DNA of 63,953 bases, counting the filler, from Licmophora abbreviata (Eukaryota), in assembly GCA_900291995.1 (NCBI GenBank). It is 10 parts of 10 records of this genome, joined end to end, with 100 filler letters (N's around TTAATTAATTAA, not from the genome) between each part and the next. Parts side by side here need not be neighbours in the genome. Positions count along the whole stretch, not along the records: positions 29,440 to 37,915 come from OLMU01003399.1; positions 38,016 to 39,065 come from OLMU01003402.1; positions 39,166 to 43,227 come from OLMU01003403.1; positions 43,328 to 46,149 come from OLMU01003405.1; positions 46,250 to 47,922 come from OLMU01003407.1; 5 more parts are not named here. One strand, 5' to 3'. The notes under the pieces were generated by a model. It had not been told where the DNA came from. It searched no databases and worked only from the letters and a program-made list of their open reading frames with translations. This document shows positions 37,018-47,371 of this stretch, one piece after another. Positions within the stretch are counted from its first letter, which is position 1. Every line of letters begins with the position of its first letter. A program made the translations under genes and the position numbers.

Positions 37018-37307
37018 AGAGCCCGTTGTCGTCTACAAGAGGATGTAGTAGTGGTGTTGAGGGTGGGATGCGACTGGGATGGATGTTTGCCACTAGTAGA
37101 GAAAGAATGTCTGGACGAGACATCAGAGAGTCTCAGTCACAAAGGGAGGACCCTTCAGAGAGTATAACCAGAATACAAAAACTCTATTTTGACGCGCTAG
37201 ATACTTTGCAGTAGTTCGTCGACAACTTGATCCGTCGCGGGCCCGACTGGACGGCCTCTTGAAGTTTCGTATTCTTCCAAGCGCCGCTGGAATAGCAAAT
37301 TTTCTTG
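36953..37307. repeat. Left copy of a 355-bp direct duplication (right copy 39174-39528)
   Basis: Colinear at offset 2221 with 6 substitutions counted by eye. Contains the 3' ends of the convergent sterol dehydrogenase and F-box genes. Confidence 0.95.
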
Positions 37308-37308
37308 T

Positions 37309-37445
37309 ATTGTCGCGGCCATGGGGCGGCATCCGGGGTCGGTCCTGCTGCAGTGCCAGGCGGCGCTCGCGATTCGCAATCTGGTGAGCCGGGATGATCC
37401 CGAAGGGCGGCTGCGGGCGACGGCGCTGGAGACGGTGCCCCAGTG
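37309..37445 (+). pseudogene. GC-rich armadillo-repeat gene fragment (ARMC6-like)
   Basis: Translates IVAAMGRHPGSVLLQCQAALAIRNLVSR, matching the ARM pattern AM..HP....Q..AC..IRNL. No intact gene around it. Visibly more GC-rich than the flanks. Confidence 0.5.
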
Positions 37446-37652
37446 TCCAGTACAACGATGGAAGCAGTTGAGGAGGCCCAGCTGTGCCTCACGCGCCGGC
37501 GGCTTCATTTCGGTTTGTGAATTTCGTATCATAGTCTTTTTATCAGATTATTTAGTAATAATAGCCTACATCTGCTTTATTCCAGCTCCATCATGGTCAA
37601 TGGCAATTCTATTGGAAGCATACTGTACGATTCCGGAACGCCCTTCGCCCTT

Positions 37653-37704
37653 GGCTATCCTTCCGGTATTTCGCAATCGGCTATCCTTCCGGTATTTCGC
37701 AATC
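37653..37704. repeat. Two-copy 26-bp perfect tandem repeat
   Basis: GGCTATCCTTCCGGTATTTCGCAATC x2. Confidence 0.95.
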
Positions 37705-38190
37705 GGGTTACTTACACTCATCCCTTTTCCCGGCGCGCCAGAATCATACAATACGGTGTGTGTGTGTGTGGGGCAGTTTTTTTTGAGAAGCGGAGACCTC
37801 GGACCACTTAAGGCCGGCACTACATAGAGGTAGGGATCTATAGCTCCTATCAGAGCGGACGCCGTAGAGCGGTCGGTTACGACAAAGGGAAGTTTGCACA
37901 CGTTTGTACTTCTTTNNNNNNNNNNNNNNNNNNNNNNNNNNNNNNNNNNNNNNNNNNNNTTAATTAATTAANNNNNNNNNNNNNNNNNNNNNNNNNNNNN
38001 NNNNNNNNNNNNNNNAAACATTTGGCTAGTACGTCGAACTAGCTTCATTGCGCTGGAATCTCTTCGAGATTATCTTAGAGAAAAGTTGCCACGGATGGTA
38101 ACAGCGCGCTACGACCGTGCGACACCCCACATTCATGTACCCCTGATGCACACTCTCCCTTTCTCGCCTTAGCCTGAACGACCTACCATC

Positions 38191-38979
38191 ATGCCTCGTT
38201 TGATTGCCAATCGACAACGAAGACACGCCATCTTTGTTGACTTCGACAACAGAAGAGCCCAGATTACATGGGAATGGTTTAGTTCCTTTCTCTACGACAT
38301 CGGGGGCGTTCTGCTGATCATCGGCTCCATATTCTTCCTACCAAAGTACGAAGAGTACGCCACCACGGGATCTTGGTTGTTTGTGGTAGCCAGCATTTGT
38401 TACTTGACTGTGGCATTGTACGATTCTATGGAGGTTGTTTCCATGATGAAGCTCAGGGGTTTGTCGGCTAGTACTACTACTACTGACAACCCTGACGGTT
38501 CTGCCCCTATTTCATCATCTTACTTGCTCCTTGCAGACGCTGTAGCGTCCGGAGTCTACGTTGCCGGTGCTTCTCTCTTTATTATTGGCAGCTTTTTGTT
38601 CCTCCCGGAATTCTATAATGGCTACGCTGCCGGGTGGTGCTTCATCATTGGCAGCGTGTTGTTTGAGGCGGGCGCGATTGCCAATCTCATGCAAATATGG
38701 GAGTCACCCGACAAGTCAACGATGCAGTACGCCAATCTGACAGCGGCGAGCTACCTCACTGGGTCCGCCTTTTACATCAGTGCCAGCATCCCTTACTTGT
38801 ACGAATTTGATACGGCTACGGATTCCAATATTGTCTTTCGTCTCGTTGCTACACTCTACATTGTCGGCAGCATCCTTTTTTTGATTGGTGGCATGCTCAA
38901 CACGCGGCGTTTCCATCTCGCGGAAAAGATTTCGGTGGATGCCAGAAAAAGGATGATGAAGCTGCTGGTGCCGATTTAA
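38191..38979 (+). CDS. YrhK-like multi-pass membrane protein
   Basis: Three TM-hairpin repeats of the type Y..G..LF.IGS..FLP.....A.W.F.IGS.LF. Intronless, on its own 1-kb contig. Confidence 0.7.
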   Translation: MPRLIANRQRRHAIFVDFDNRRAQITWEWFSSFLYDIGGVLLIIGSIFFLPKYEEYATTGSWLFVVASICYLTVALYDSMEVVSMMKLRGLSASTTTTDNPDGSAPISSSYLLLADAVASGVYVAGASLFIIGSFLFLPEFYNGYAAGWCFIIGSVLFEAGAIANLMQIWESPDKSTMQYANLTAASYLTGSAFYISASIPYLYEFDTATDSNIVFRLVATLYIVGSILFLIGGMLNTRRFHLAEKISVDARKRMMKLLVPI

Positions 38980-39173
38980 GGACGAGGGCTCTAACACCTA
39001 CATAGGATTAAAAAAGTTCACTCGGCCGCGAATGATTTGCTTGTGCACGTAAACGCAATAGCTCTNNNNNNNNNNNNNNNNNNNNNNNNNNNNNNNNNNN
39101 NNNNNNNNNTTAATTAATTAANNNNNNNNNNNNNNNNNNNNNNNNNNNNNNNNNNNNNNNNNNNNTTAGGGTT

Positions 39174-39528
39174 AGGCGAATTGGCTTCCTGGATTTTTGG
39201 AGGAGACGGGGCGTTCGAGCGACAAGAAGACGGATTAAAGAGCCCGTTGTCGTGTACAAGAGGATGTAGTAGTGGTGTTGAGGGTGGGATGCGACTGGGA
39301 TGGATGTTTGCCACTAGTAGAGCAAGAATGTCTGGACGAGACATCAGAGAGTCTCAGTCACAAAGGGAGGACCCTTCAGAGAGTATAACCAGAATACAAA
39401 AACTCTATTCTGACGCGCTAGAGACTTTGCAGTACTTCGTCGACAACTTGATCCGTCGCGGGCCCGACTGGATGGCCTCTTGAAGTTTCGTATTCTTCCA
39501 AGCGCCGCTGGAATAGCAAATTTTCTTG
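39174..39528. repeat. Right copy of the 355-bp direct duplication, preceded by TTAGGGTTAGG (39166-39176)
   Basis: Matches 36953-37307. Confidence 0.95.
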
Positions 39529-40506
39529 AAGGAGGTCGTCAGGGGGCACGAGATCTTCCAAGGGCTGCACTCTCATGCGAGTAATCCTCACGCGCCTACC
39601 GGTAGGACTATCCACGAACCGACTCTTTCCAATTGGAAAATTCTTGTGCTCCATGCTTGGGAAGTCGCGAGGAGGAAGGCTTCCGCGCTCATATTGAGCA
39701 ACTAAGACAGTTCTCATACCAGACTCCGCGTCGTTGCATGCGGGTGGAAGACGCAGGAGGGAGACTCCGGGATGGTACAGAAACTCAAAACTGGGCAAGC
39801 GAGGATTCTCCAAGTTGCTAAACTGAAGCTTCGTCATTACATGATCCAGATTCTTCCAGTCCCATGGCTGTACCTGAATAATCCACCCACGCGATGAACT
39901 CTCTCGCTCATACGAGAAACTTCCATCGGCCCAATATGTATGGAGCCCATCGTTCGGAAATGGCGTTTCAAATCGACCGTCCATCCATTCTGGTTGACGC
40001 CGCACCAGCTGCAAGTTTGGCAGCGTACGCCGCAGCCAATAGGATATCTGGTGCGATGAGTTCAGACAGTAGGTGATGTCGATGCTTTGCAGGTTTCGAC
40101 GTCGAACCTCGCCACGAGCAAGGGCCCGAAGGCCATCGTCGTTCACGCCGACGGACGATACCATGGAAATATGACGCAGACTGGGTAAGAGCTCTCCTCT
40201 TCCAATAACCTGCAGCAGCTCTCCCGACGCCCATTTACCAGCATCAAGTCTCTGCAGATGACGAAGATTTCGTAAGAGCGAGCCGTTGTCTCGGACAAGT
40301 CTGCGGCAGTCCACGTCCGAGAACACCTCCAGCGCCAGACGCCGGGACTCGACTTCGTTCGTGCTCTGTTTCAAAGCAGTGCATGAAATCAAGAGGCTTC
40401 TTCCGTCAATACAAGACACATAGTCAAGAATTTCCACGATCAACGACTCGGGAAGAGTAAGAAAGCTGCGATGAACAGCGTGGGAGGCGGCTGGAGCTGA
40501 TGCCAT
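39418..40506 (-). CDS. F-box/LRR-like protein
   Basis: F-box-like FLTLPESLIVEILDYV and AMN1-type LRRs (LPSLRHISM..SVGVNDDGLRALA, LQSIDITYC). Confidence 0.65.
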   Translation of the reverse strand: MASAPAASHAVHRSFLTLPESLIVEILDYVSCIDGRSLLISCTALKQSTNEVESRRLALEVFSDVDCRRLVRDNGSLLRNLRHLQRLDAGKWASGELLQVIGRGELLPSLRHISMVSSVGVNDDGLRALARGEVRRRNLQSIDITYCLNSSHQISYWLRRTLPNLQLVRRQPEWMDGRFETPFPNDGLHTYWADGSFSYERESSSRGWIIQVQPWDWKNLDHVMTKLQFSNLENPRLPSFEFLYHPGVSLLRLPPACNDAESGMRTVLVAQYERGSLPPRDFPSMEHKNFPIGKSRFVDSPTGRRVRITRMRVQPLEDLVPPDDLLQENLLFQRRLEEYETSRGHPVGPATDQVVDEVLQSL

Positions 40507-40747
40507 GGTCGTGTTGTACTACCTGGTAGAGTGAGTCGAGTCAAGTCTAGCAGTGAGAATTTGAGACGAGCGGCTAGCAGGCCTGATCAATTCGCGAGCT
40601 CCACGTGACGAATCACGAGGTCCGATGACGCAACGCGTGGCACAACGGCGACATTTAACTTCTTCCTCTTGTCGGATCTAACCGTGATCTGAGTTCTGGA
40701 CTACCAGGTAAAGTTCACGCATGCTCTTCTACTTTACACTTTCAACT

Positions 40748-42347
40748 TCATAATGAGCCTCCAAAGAGGGAGACAAGCACAAGGGCTGCTAGAGAGACCC
40801 ATAAAGATCGCTGATCTGTGCCACTAGTTGAAGGTGTCGGGACAGGAGCCTCCGATGGTCGCTGCGAAGGGCCAACGGACGGAAACTGCGTCACCATTGT
40901 GTTCGGAGCTGCAGCAGGCATCCCACTCGGTGTCGAAACAGGCGGCATTGCAGGAGCCACAGTTGGCTCTGGTGTCATCGCAGCGGGCTGCACGACAGGA
41001 GCTGGAGTTGTAGCTATTACCGGCTGAGGCGTTGTAACAGGTTGAGGAGTCGTCGCATCTGGCTCGTTCTGTAGGGTGCATGCCAACGCGCCACGGGCAG
41101 CACAATAGTTCCCGTACTATCCAGTAGCACACCAGTACTCGGAATGGTGCTTGCCGTCAACTGAAAAATTGGTATCGGCGGAACCTCCGCCGCATTATTG
41201 GTCGAATACCCGGTCCCTTGTTCTGTCCCAGTATCCCAAGGATATGACTCAATGACGAACTCGCGATACCAAGTTCCGCCGCCAGAAACTACCGAGTAGT
41301 CATGTATTCCACTAAACCAGTCAGGGCTGGGCGCAATCATGGTAATGGTAGAAAGCAATGGATACTCCGGTGCCATCGTGAGGACACTGAATGTCTGCTG
41401 TTGTTCGTTTATGTTGAAGGTAGTTCGACCTTGAACAAAGTTCCCCGTTGACGCCGACGCGCTGATTTCGCTTCTCAGGTCACCCGTGGAACCAACCTGG
41501 AAATAGGCAAACGTCCGCTTGTAGTGTGAGTAGTCTATCTATTTTCAGGGCACGCAATGCCGACACGAGAAACGTACCTCAGCCACGTCCTCCACCCCAG
41601 CCGACGCGAGTGCTCCCGGAGCCCACATTTGGTATCCAGCATTATGAGCCACCAGTACAGGAGGACTCCAGTGAGCACTTGAAGCAGGGTATGCATTGGG
41701 ATGACGAGAACCACTCCACAGATTAGTAAAATCGCATATGTACTCCGCGGGTACGCTGCTGGGAAGTCACTTTCCGTTGCCATGGAGACGATGAAATCGA
41801 GCTGGGAATCTGTCGGCGCAGGAGTGGGAGCCGCTGCTTCAGCAACAATGCTCGCCTCTCCACATCCACATTCTTCTTTCATCACCACTTTAGCCTGAGC
41901 GCACTGCGAAGTATCCCATGTTCTTCCAAAGCCTCCCGTGACGATGGCTGAGCATGTTTGACCAAAGAAGCTGGTGGGCTGATACTCTCTTGACAGGTCG
42001 AGAAGGCGCCCACATGTGTCGCAAATATCATTTTGAAGAACTGGAGGCCACTTCCAGAGCTCACCACCGCAGTCACACTTTTGAGTTGCGGTCCACTTGG
42101 CCCACGTGCACGAATATTCACCAATTCTGTAGTTTCGAGTCTGTGCTTCAAAAATTTCAAAGAGATCCGTGCAAGTCAGGGGCTCGTCCCCGCCCTGCAC
42201 TTGCAGCAATTTATTTGGCCCATCATGATCGAACCAAGCAAGACCCCCTGGCCCGCAGATCGGACAGCCCACCTCCTGCCCCCGTACTCTCCAGGGCGCA
42301 ACGGCGAGTATAACAACAAAAAGAGGAAGGAGCTCCATCATTGCCAT
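40748..42347 (-). pseudogene. Secreted/GPI-type Spondin_N protein with two N-terminal Cys-rich domains and a P/T-rich stalk; two apparent 1-nt deletions
   Basis: Signal peptide and two CxxCG...TC...C...CxC units. Shifting frame at 41761-63 gives AEYICDFTNLWSGSRHP...SAHWSPPVL...VAE. Intron 41577-41497, then TMIAPSPDWF and WDTGTEQG. Second shift at ~41081, then a P/T stalk and hydrophobic C-terminus. Confidence 0.7.
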
Positions 42348-42821
42348 CGTGCACGCGACAGAGCTTTTCTTAGCAACAAGCCCAATCAAGAAGTTACAGC
42401 CGGTGCGAAAACAGGCAATAGCAGGCTAGCGGAATATGAGGTGACTAGGTTCCTGGTAGACTGTAAAACAGAGTGGATGCGATGACTGCCGTCCATGTGA
42501 GTGTCATGTGTGCAAGACTCGCAAGGTCATTCAACTTTGGCATGTCGGCGCTCAAAATTCAGAATTCAAAACGTACAAGACTCGTCCGACTGACTCGACT
42601 CTTCACAATCCAAGACTGAATGTAGATTCCAGTCCCGTCACAGAAAACTACCATAACCCGAAGAAATTTAAAAAATATCCTATTGAATCTTTGGGCATAA
42701 TCGAATCCTACCTGTGCATTGTCAATCGTATCACTTTCATGTCACCAACGTGAAACGAAGTTTTTATAAGCTCACAAAATTAGTCAAAAGCAGGTTGAAA
42801 CACTGAACCATCGCCGCTACC

Positions 42822-44285
42822 ATGAAGTTCTTGGCTGCTGCAAGTTTGCTCTCGCTCGCTGGTACTACAAGCGCGCAGTTCTCGGTCGTATCGTCGTCTG
42901 ACAGCGATGTGTCCACCGACACTCCAGCTAAGTACCAGTGCATGTTCACCAATCTTTGGAGCGGTGCTCGTCATCCGGTCGATTATCCTTCCAACGCCCA
43001 TTGGAGCCCGCCCGTCCTCGCGGCCCACAACGACGGATACCAAATGTGGGCACCTGGCATGATGGCATCTCCAGGCGTCCAGATCGTAGCTGAGGTGAGT
43101 GGCAATGTCGTGTGATCCGCGTGTTCAAGCTCCGACGTCGGTCTCTCCTCACTATCTTGCTCCCCATCTCTTACTCTCTTTGTTACAACAAGACCGGAAC
43201 TCCGACGACGCTCGTCGGTGAGATCATNNNNNNNNNNNNNNNNNNNNNNNNNNNNNNNNNNNNNNNNNNNNTTAATTAATTAANNNNNNNNNNNNNNNNN
43301 NNNNNNNNNNNNNNNNNNNNNNNNNNNGAGCTCCATGTACACCGGTCAGTACGTTATAGGTGTTCCCACCTTCAACTCCATGACGCAAGAACAGACCTTC
43401 GACCCGCTGGGCGTGGATGCTGAGCACACTACCATCTCTACCATTTCCATGATCGCCCCCAGCCCCGACTGGTTTAGCGGCTTCAGCGACTTCTCGGTGG
43501 CCTCGGCTGGAGGCACCTGGCTGGCCGACTTTACCATCGAGTCGTATCCCATGGACGCCGGTACCGATGCTGGAACAACGTACGCTTCGGACGACGTGGC
43601 CGAGGATCCCACTCTCCCCATCTTCGAGCTGACAGCCGAGACCGTTCCTGATACGGGGGTCTTGTTGAACCCGGAAATGACAGCTGTCTACCCCGTGGGT
43701 CGCTGGCAGTGTGCACTCACCGACGGTGGTGACGCTCCCTGTACAAGCAGACGTGACTGTGTCAGCCGCGGTGATGGCTTTGCATGCGATGCAGGAACAT
43801 GCGTTCCTTGTTTGTCCAATTTCGAATGCCGTTCCAATACCGACAATGAACATCTTTTCTGTTTGACCTGTGAGGAAATGGGCATGCCGAAAGGATGTAC
43901 CTCGTCCGACCACAAGTGCGTCGATTGCGATTCCAACCGCATGTGCCAGAGCACCGGGAGGGGACGTGCTTGCGTAGACAACACGTGTGTTGGTTGCTCA
44001 TCGGGTTGGCAGTGCCGCAATCTCGAAGGTGATGGAGAGGGTGACTTTTGTTTTGCCAACGAGTGCGTTGAATGTAAGACCAATCGGCACTGCAAGGGAT
44101 CTGCCGTGGGACGCAATTGTGTAGACAACAAGTGCGTTGAATGCAGACGCAATGGACAGTGCCGCAGAAAGAATACCATGGAATTTGCTTGTCAGGATTC
44201 TACTTGTGTTGGCTGCACGACCGATTTTCAATGCCAGACCTTCGGTGTCGGAGTGACCTCCTGCGTTGAGAATGTCTGCATTTGA
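42822..44285 (+). CDS. Secreted Spondin_N protein with C-terminal Cys-rich repeat module (chimeric gene)
   Basis: Signal peptide MKFLAAASLLSLAGTTSA, intron 43095-43192. The spacer 43228-43327 splits an ATG with no bases missing relative to the paralog. NAHWSPP, SMIAPSPDWF, DAGTDAG. Tail homologous to 23859-24413. Confidence 0.88.
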
Positions 44286-44652
44286 TTCTTGTAAGCTGAT
44301 GAGCGAGAACCCGCAAAGGAGCTCGATTTAGTGAAGAAAAGAAGCGCTTGACGACGAGAAGCAACAAGAAACATCATTGTCGTAGTGCATAGTAGAAAAA
44401 ATGTTTTGGCTGAATCATTCTTTTGCACCAGGTGCCGGACAGTGTACTGACTACTAAGTCATGGTATGCTCTTGATACGGGTACCATGTGCCCGTACCAC
44501 AACTCGTCTCTCTCCTCTCCCCTCTCGGAAACTGGCACTGCAGGTCATCATGTTTCATACCACGTAACTTTACCAGGTAAATCCATCTCGCTATTTTGAC
44601 GCCCATCGAGACTTCTAATAAAAAGCTACAAGGCTGGTCCTCCTTCTGCCCC

Positions 44653-44732
44653 TTCAAGCCAGCCTGACACCTCCGTACCAGGTACAGGTAAGGTTTCCTT
44701 CGCTCCGATCGCTACGGATGATGACATCTCCA
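44653..44732 (-). pseudogene. Degenerate relic of the 3' end of the histidine phosphatase gene
   Basis: Aligns to 24862-24928 (CTTCAAGCCA.CCTGA...TTCGCTCCGATCGCT.CGGATGA...CATCTCCA) with a ~13-nt insertion. Confidence 0.75.
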
Positions 44733-45067
44733 CCTCTCATAGTCTAGTTGCCTCATTCGAACATCCCCGTTTGCGCATCACTTCGATCATCGCGATCGAA
44801 TTCGAAACGTACGACGTACAAGACTCGACTTGTCCGACTGCTGCGACCCGACATCATCAATGACTGACTATTCCAGTCCCGTCACAAAAAGATACCATAA
44901 CCCGGAATTCATATTTTGGATCTTTACGAGCGGTCATCAAATGAATCAATCGAATCCTACCTGGGCATTGTCAATCGTGTCACTCTCATGTCAAAGTGAA
45001 ACTCCGTTCCCGCATCCTCACAAATTGAGGCAAAAGCACGTTGAAACAGTCAACCATCGTCGTCACC

Positions 45068-47178
45068 ATGAAGCTCTTGGCCGCGGCAAGTTTTCTCTCT
45101 CTCGCTGGTACTGCAAGCGCGCAGTTCTTTGTCGTATCGTCGACGGAGAGCGATGTGACTACCGACACTCCGGCCGAGTACCAGTGCATGTTCACCAATC
45201 TCTGGAGTGGTGCTCGTCATCCGGTCGATTATCCTTCCAATGCCCATTGGAGCCCGCCCATCCTCGCGGCTCACAATGATGGATACCAAATGTGGGCGCC
45301 TGGCATGATGTCATCTCCAGGCGTTCAGATCGTAGCTGAAGTGAGTAACAACCTCGTGTGAACGTTCATCTTAGATACCACCTGGTACTTCTGCCACTGA
45401 ACTCACTTTCTTTCCCACCACGTTGTTTCTCTATGAAACTCTAAGACCGGAGCTCCGACGACACTCGAGAATGAGATCATGAGCTCCATGTCTACCGGTG
45501 AGTACGTTGTAGGAGTTGCCACCTTCAACTCCATGACGCAAGAACAGACCTTCGACCCGCTGGGCGTGGATGCTGAGCACACTACCATCTCTACCATTTC
45601 CATGATTGCTCCAAGCCCCGACTGGTTTAGTGGCTTCAACGACTTCTCCGTGGCCTCTGCTGGAGGCACCTGGCTCGCTGACTTCACCATCGAGTCGTTT
45701 CCCATGGACGCCGGTACTGATTCTGGAACAACGTACGCCTCCGAAGACGCGGCCGAGGATCCCACTCTTCCAATCTTCGAACTGACAGCGGAGACTGTTC
45801 CTGATACGGGGGTGTTCTTGAACCCCGATATGACAGCTGTAGACCCCGTGGGTCGTTGGCAGTGCACACTCATGATGGTGGCGACGGACCCTCCCACAGA
45901 TCCTCCAACTGATACCAGTGAAGCTGGCTTCGCTGTTGTTTCGTCGTCTGACAGCGATGTTTCCACCGACACTCCGGTCGAGTACCAGTGCATGTTTACC
46001 AATCTTTGGAGCGGTGCTCGTCATCCGATTGATTATCCTTCCAATGCCCATTGGAGCCCGCCCGTCCTCGCGGCCCACAACGACGGATACCAAATGTGGG
46101 CATCCGGCAAGATGGCATCTCCAGGCGTCCAGCTTGTGGCAGAAGTGAGNNNNNNNNNNNNNNNNNNNNNNNNNNNNNNNNNNNNNNNNNNNNTTAATTA
46201 ATTAANNNNNNNNNNNNNNNNNNNNNNNNNNNNNNNNNNNNNNNNNNNNGGGTCGTTGGCAGTGCACACTCATGATGGTGGGCACTGATCCTCCGACCGA
46301 TCCTCCAGCTGATACTGGTGGAGCTGGCTTTAGCCTTGTTTCGTCGTCTGACAGCGATGTCCCCACCAGCACTCCGGCTGAGTACCAGTGCATGTTCACC
46401 AATCTTTGGAGTGGTGCTCATCATCCGGTTGATTACCCTTCCAACGCTCACTGGAGCCCGCCCATCCTCGCGGCCCACAACGACGGATACCAAATGTGGG
46501 CGGCTGGCACGATGGCATCTCCAGGTGTCCAGATCGTAGCTGAAGTGAGTTACCATGTCGTATGATCTTTGCATTCTAGTTTCGTTGTTTGCCTGTGCTC
46601 ACGAGTCGCCTCACCACCTTGTTTCTCTATGTCACACCAAGACCGGAGCTCCGACGACACTCGAGAATGAGATCATGAGCTCTATGTCTACCGGTGAGCA
46701 CGTTGTGGGAGTTGCCACCTTCAACTCCATGACGCAGGAACAAACCTTCGACCCCCTGGCCGTGGATGCTGAGCACACGACCATCTCTACCATTTCCATG
46801 ATCGCCCCCAGCCCCGACTGGTTTAGTGGCTTCAGCGACTTTTCGGTGGAATCTACCGGAGGCACCTGGCTGGCCGACTTTACCATCGAGTCATATCCCA
46901 TGGACGCCGGTACCGATGCTGGAACAACGTACGCCTCACCTAACACGGCTGAGGACCCGAGTCTCAATATCTTTGAGCTGACGGCCGAGACGGTTCCTGA
47001 TACTGGAGTCTTGCTCTCGTCGGACCAGACGACAGTCCTCCCCGTGGGTACTTGGCGCTGCATGATCGTGACGGGCGACAGTCCTACCGACGCCCCAACG
47101 AGCGGCGCCCTTGGGCGTGCTACTGCATCGGCCATCGTCCTTGCCGTCATGGCTGGCACGGCAAGTTTCTTTGCGTAG
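45068..47178 (+). CDS. Tandem multi-Spondin_N (at least 3 domains) cell-surface protein with GPI-type C-terminus
   Basis: Signal peptide. Each domain is split by an intron at VAE|TG (45341-45445, 46145-gap, 46545-46641). TDPPTDPP linkers. C-terminal SGALGRATASAIVLAVMAGTASFFA. Spacer 46150-46249 hides at least half a domain. Confidence 0.85.
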
Positions 47179-47371
47179 TATCTCAGCATTATGTTCTAGT
47201 TATGAGCTTTAAAATATAAATGGATCACAAGTGTTTGCACGACACATACATGAGAGATCGTCATCGAGCCACAAGCGTCACAGTTTCTCCGCTGATCCCG
47301 TGTACTCATACACTATACGCACCACAGACCGAGCCTTATGCGTTGCTACGCCATTTTCTTCTTCAGGATCA

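Noticed and set aside
39166..39176. TTAGGGTTAGG read as a true chromosome end of the right-hand contig
   Set aside because: A left chromosome end would read CCCTAA on this strand. Kept only as a junction feature of the inserted block.
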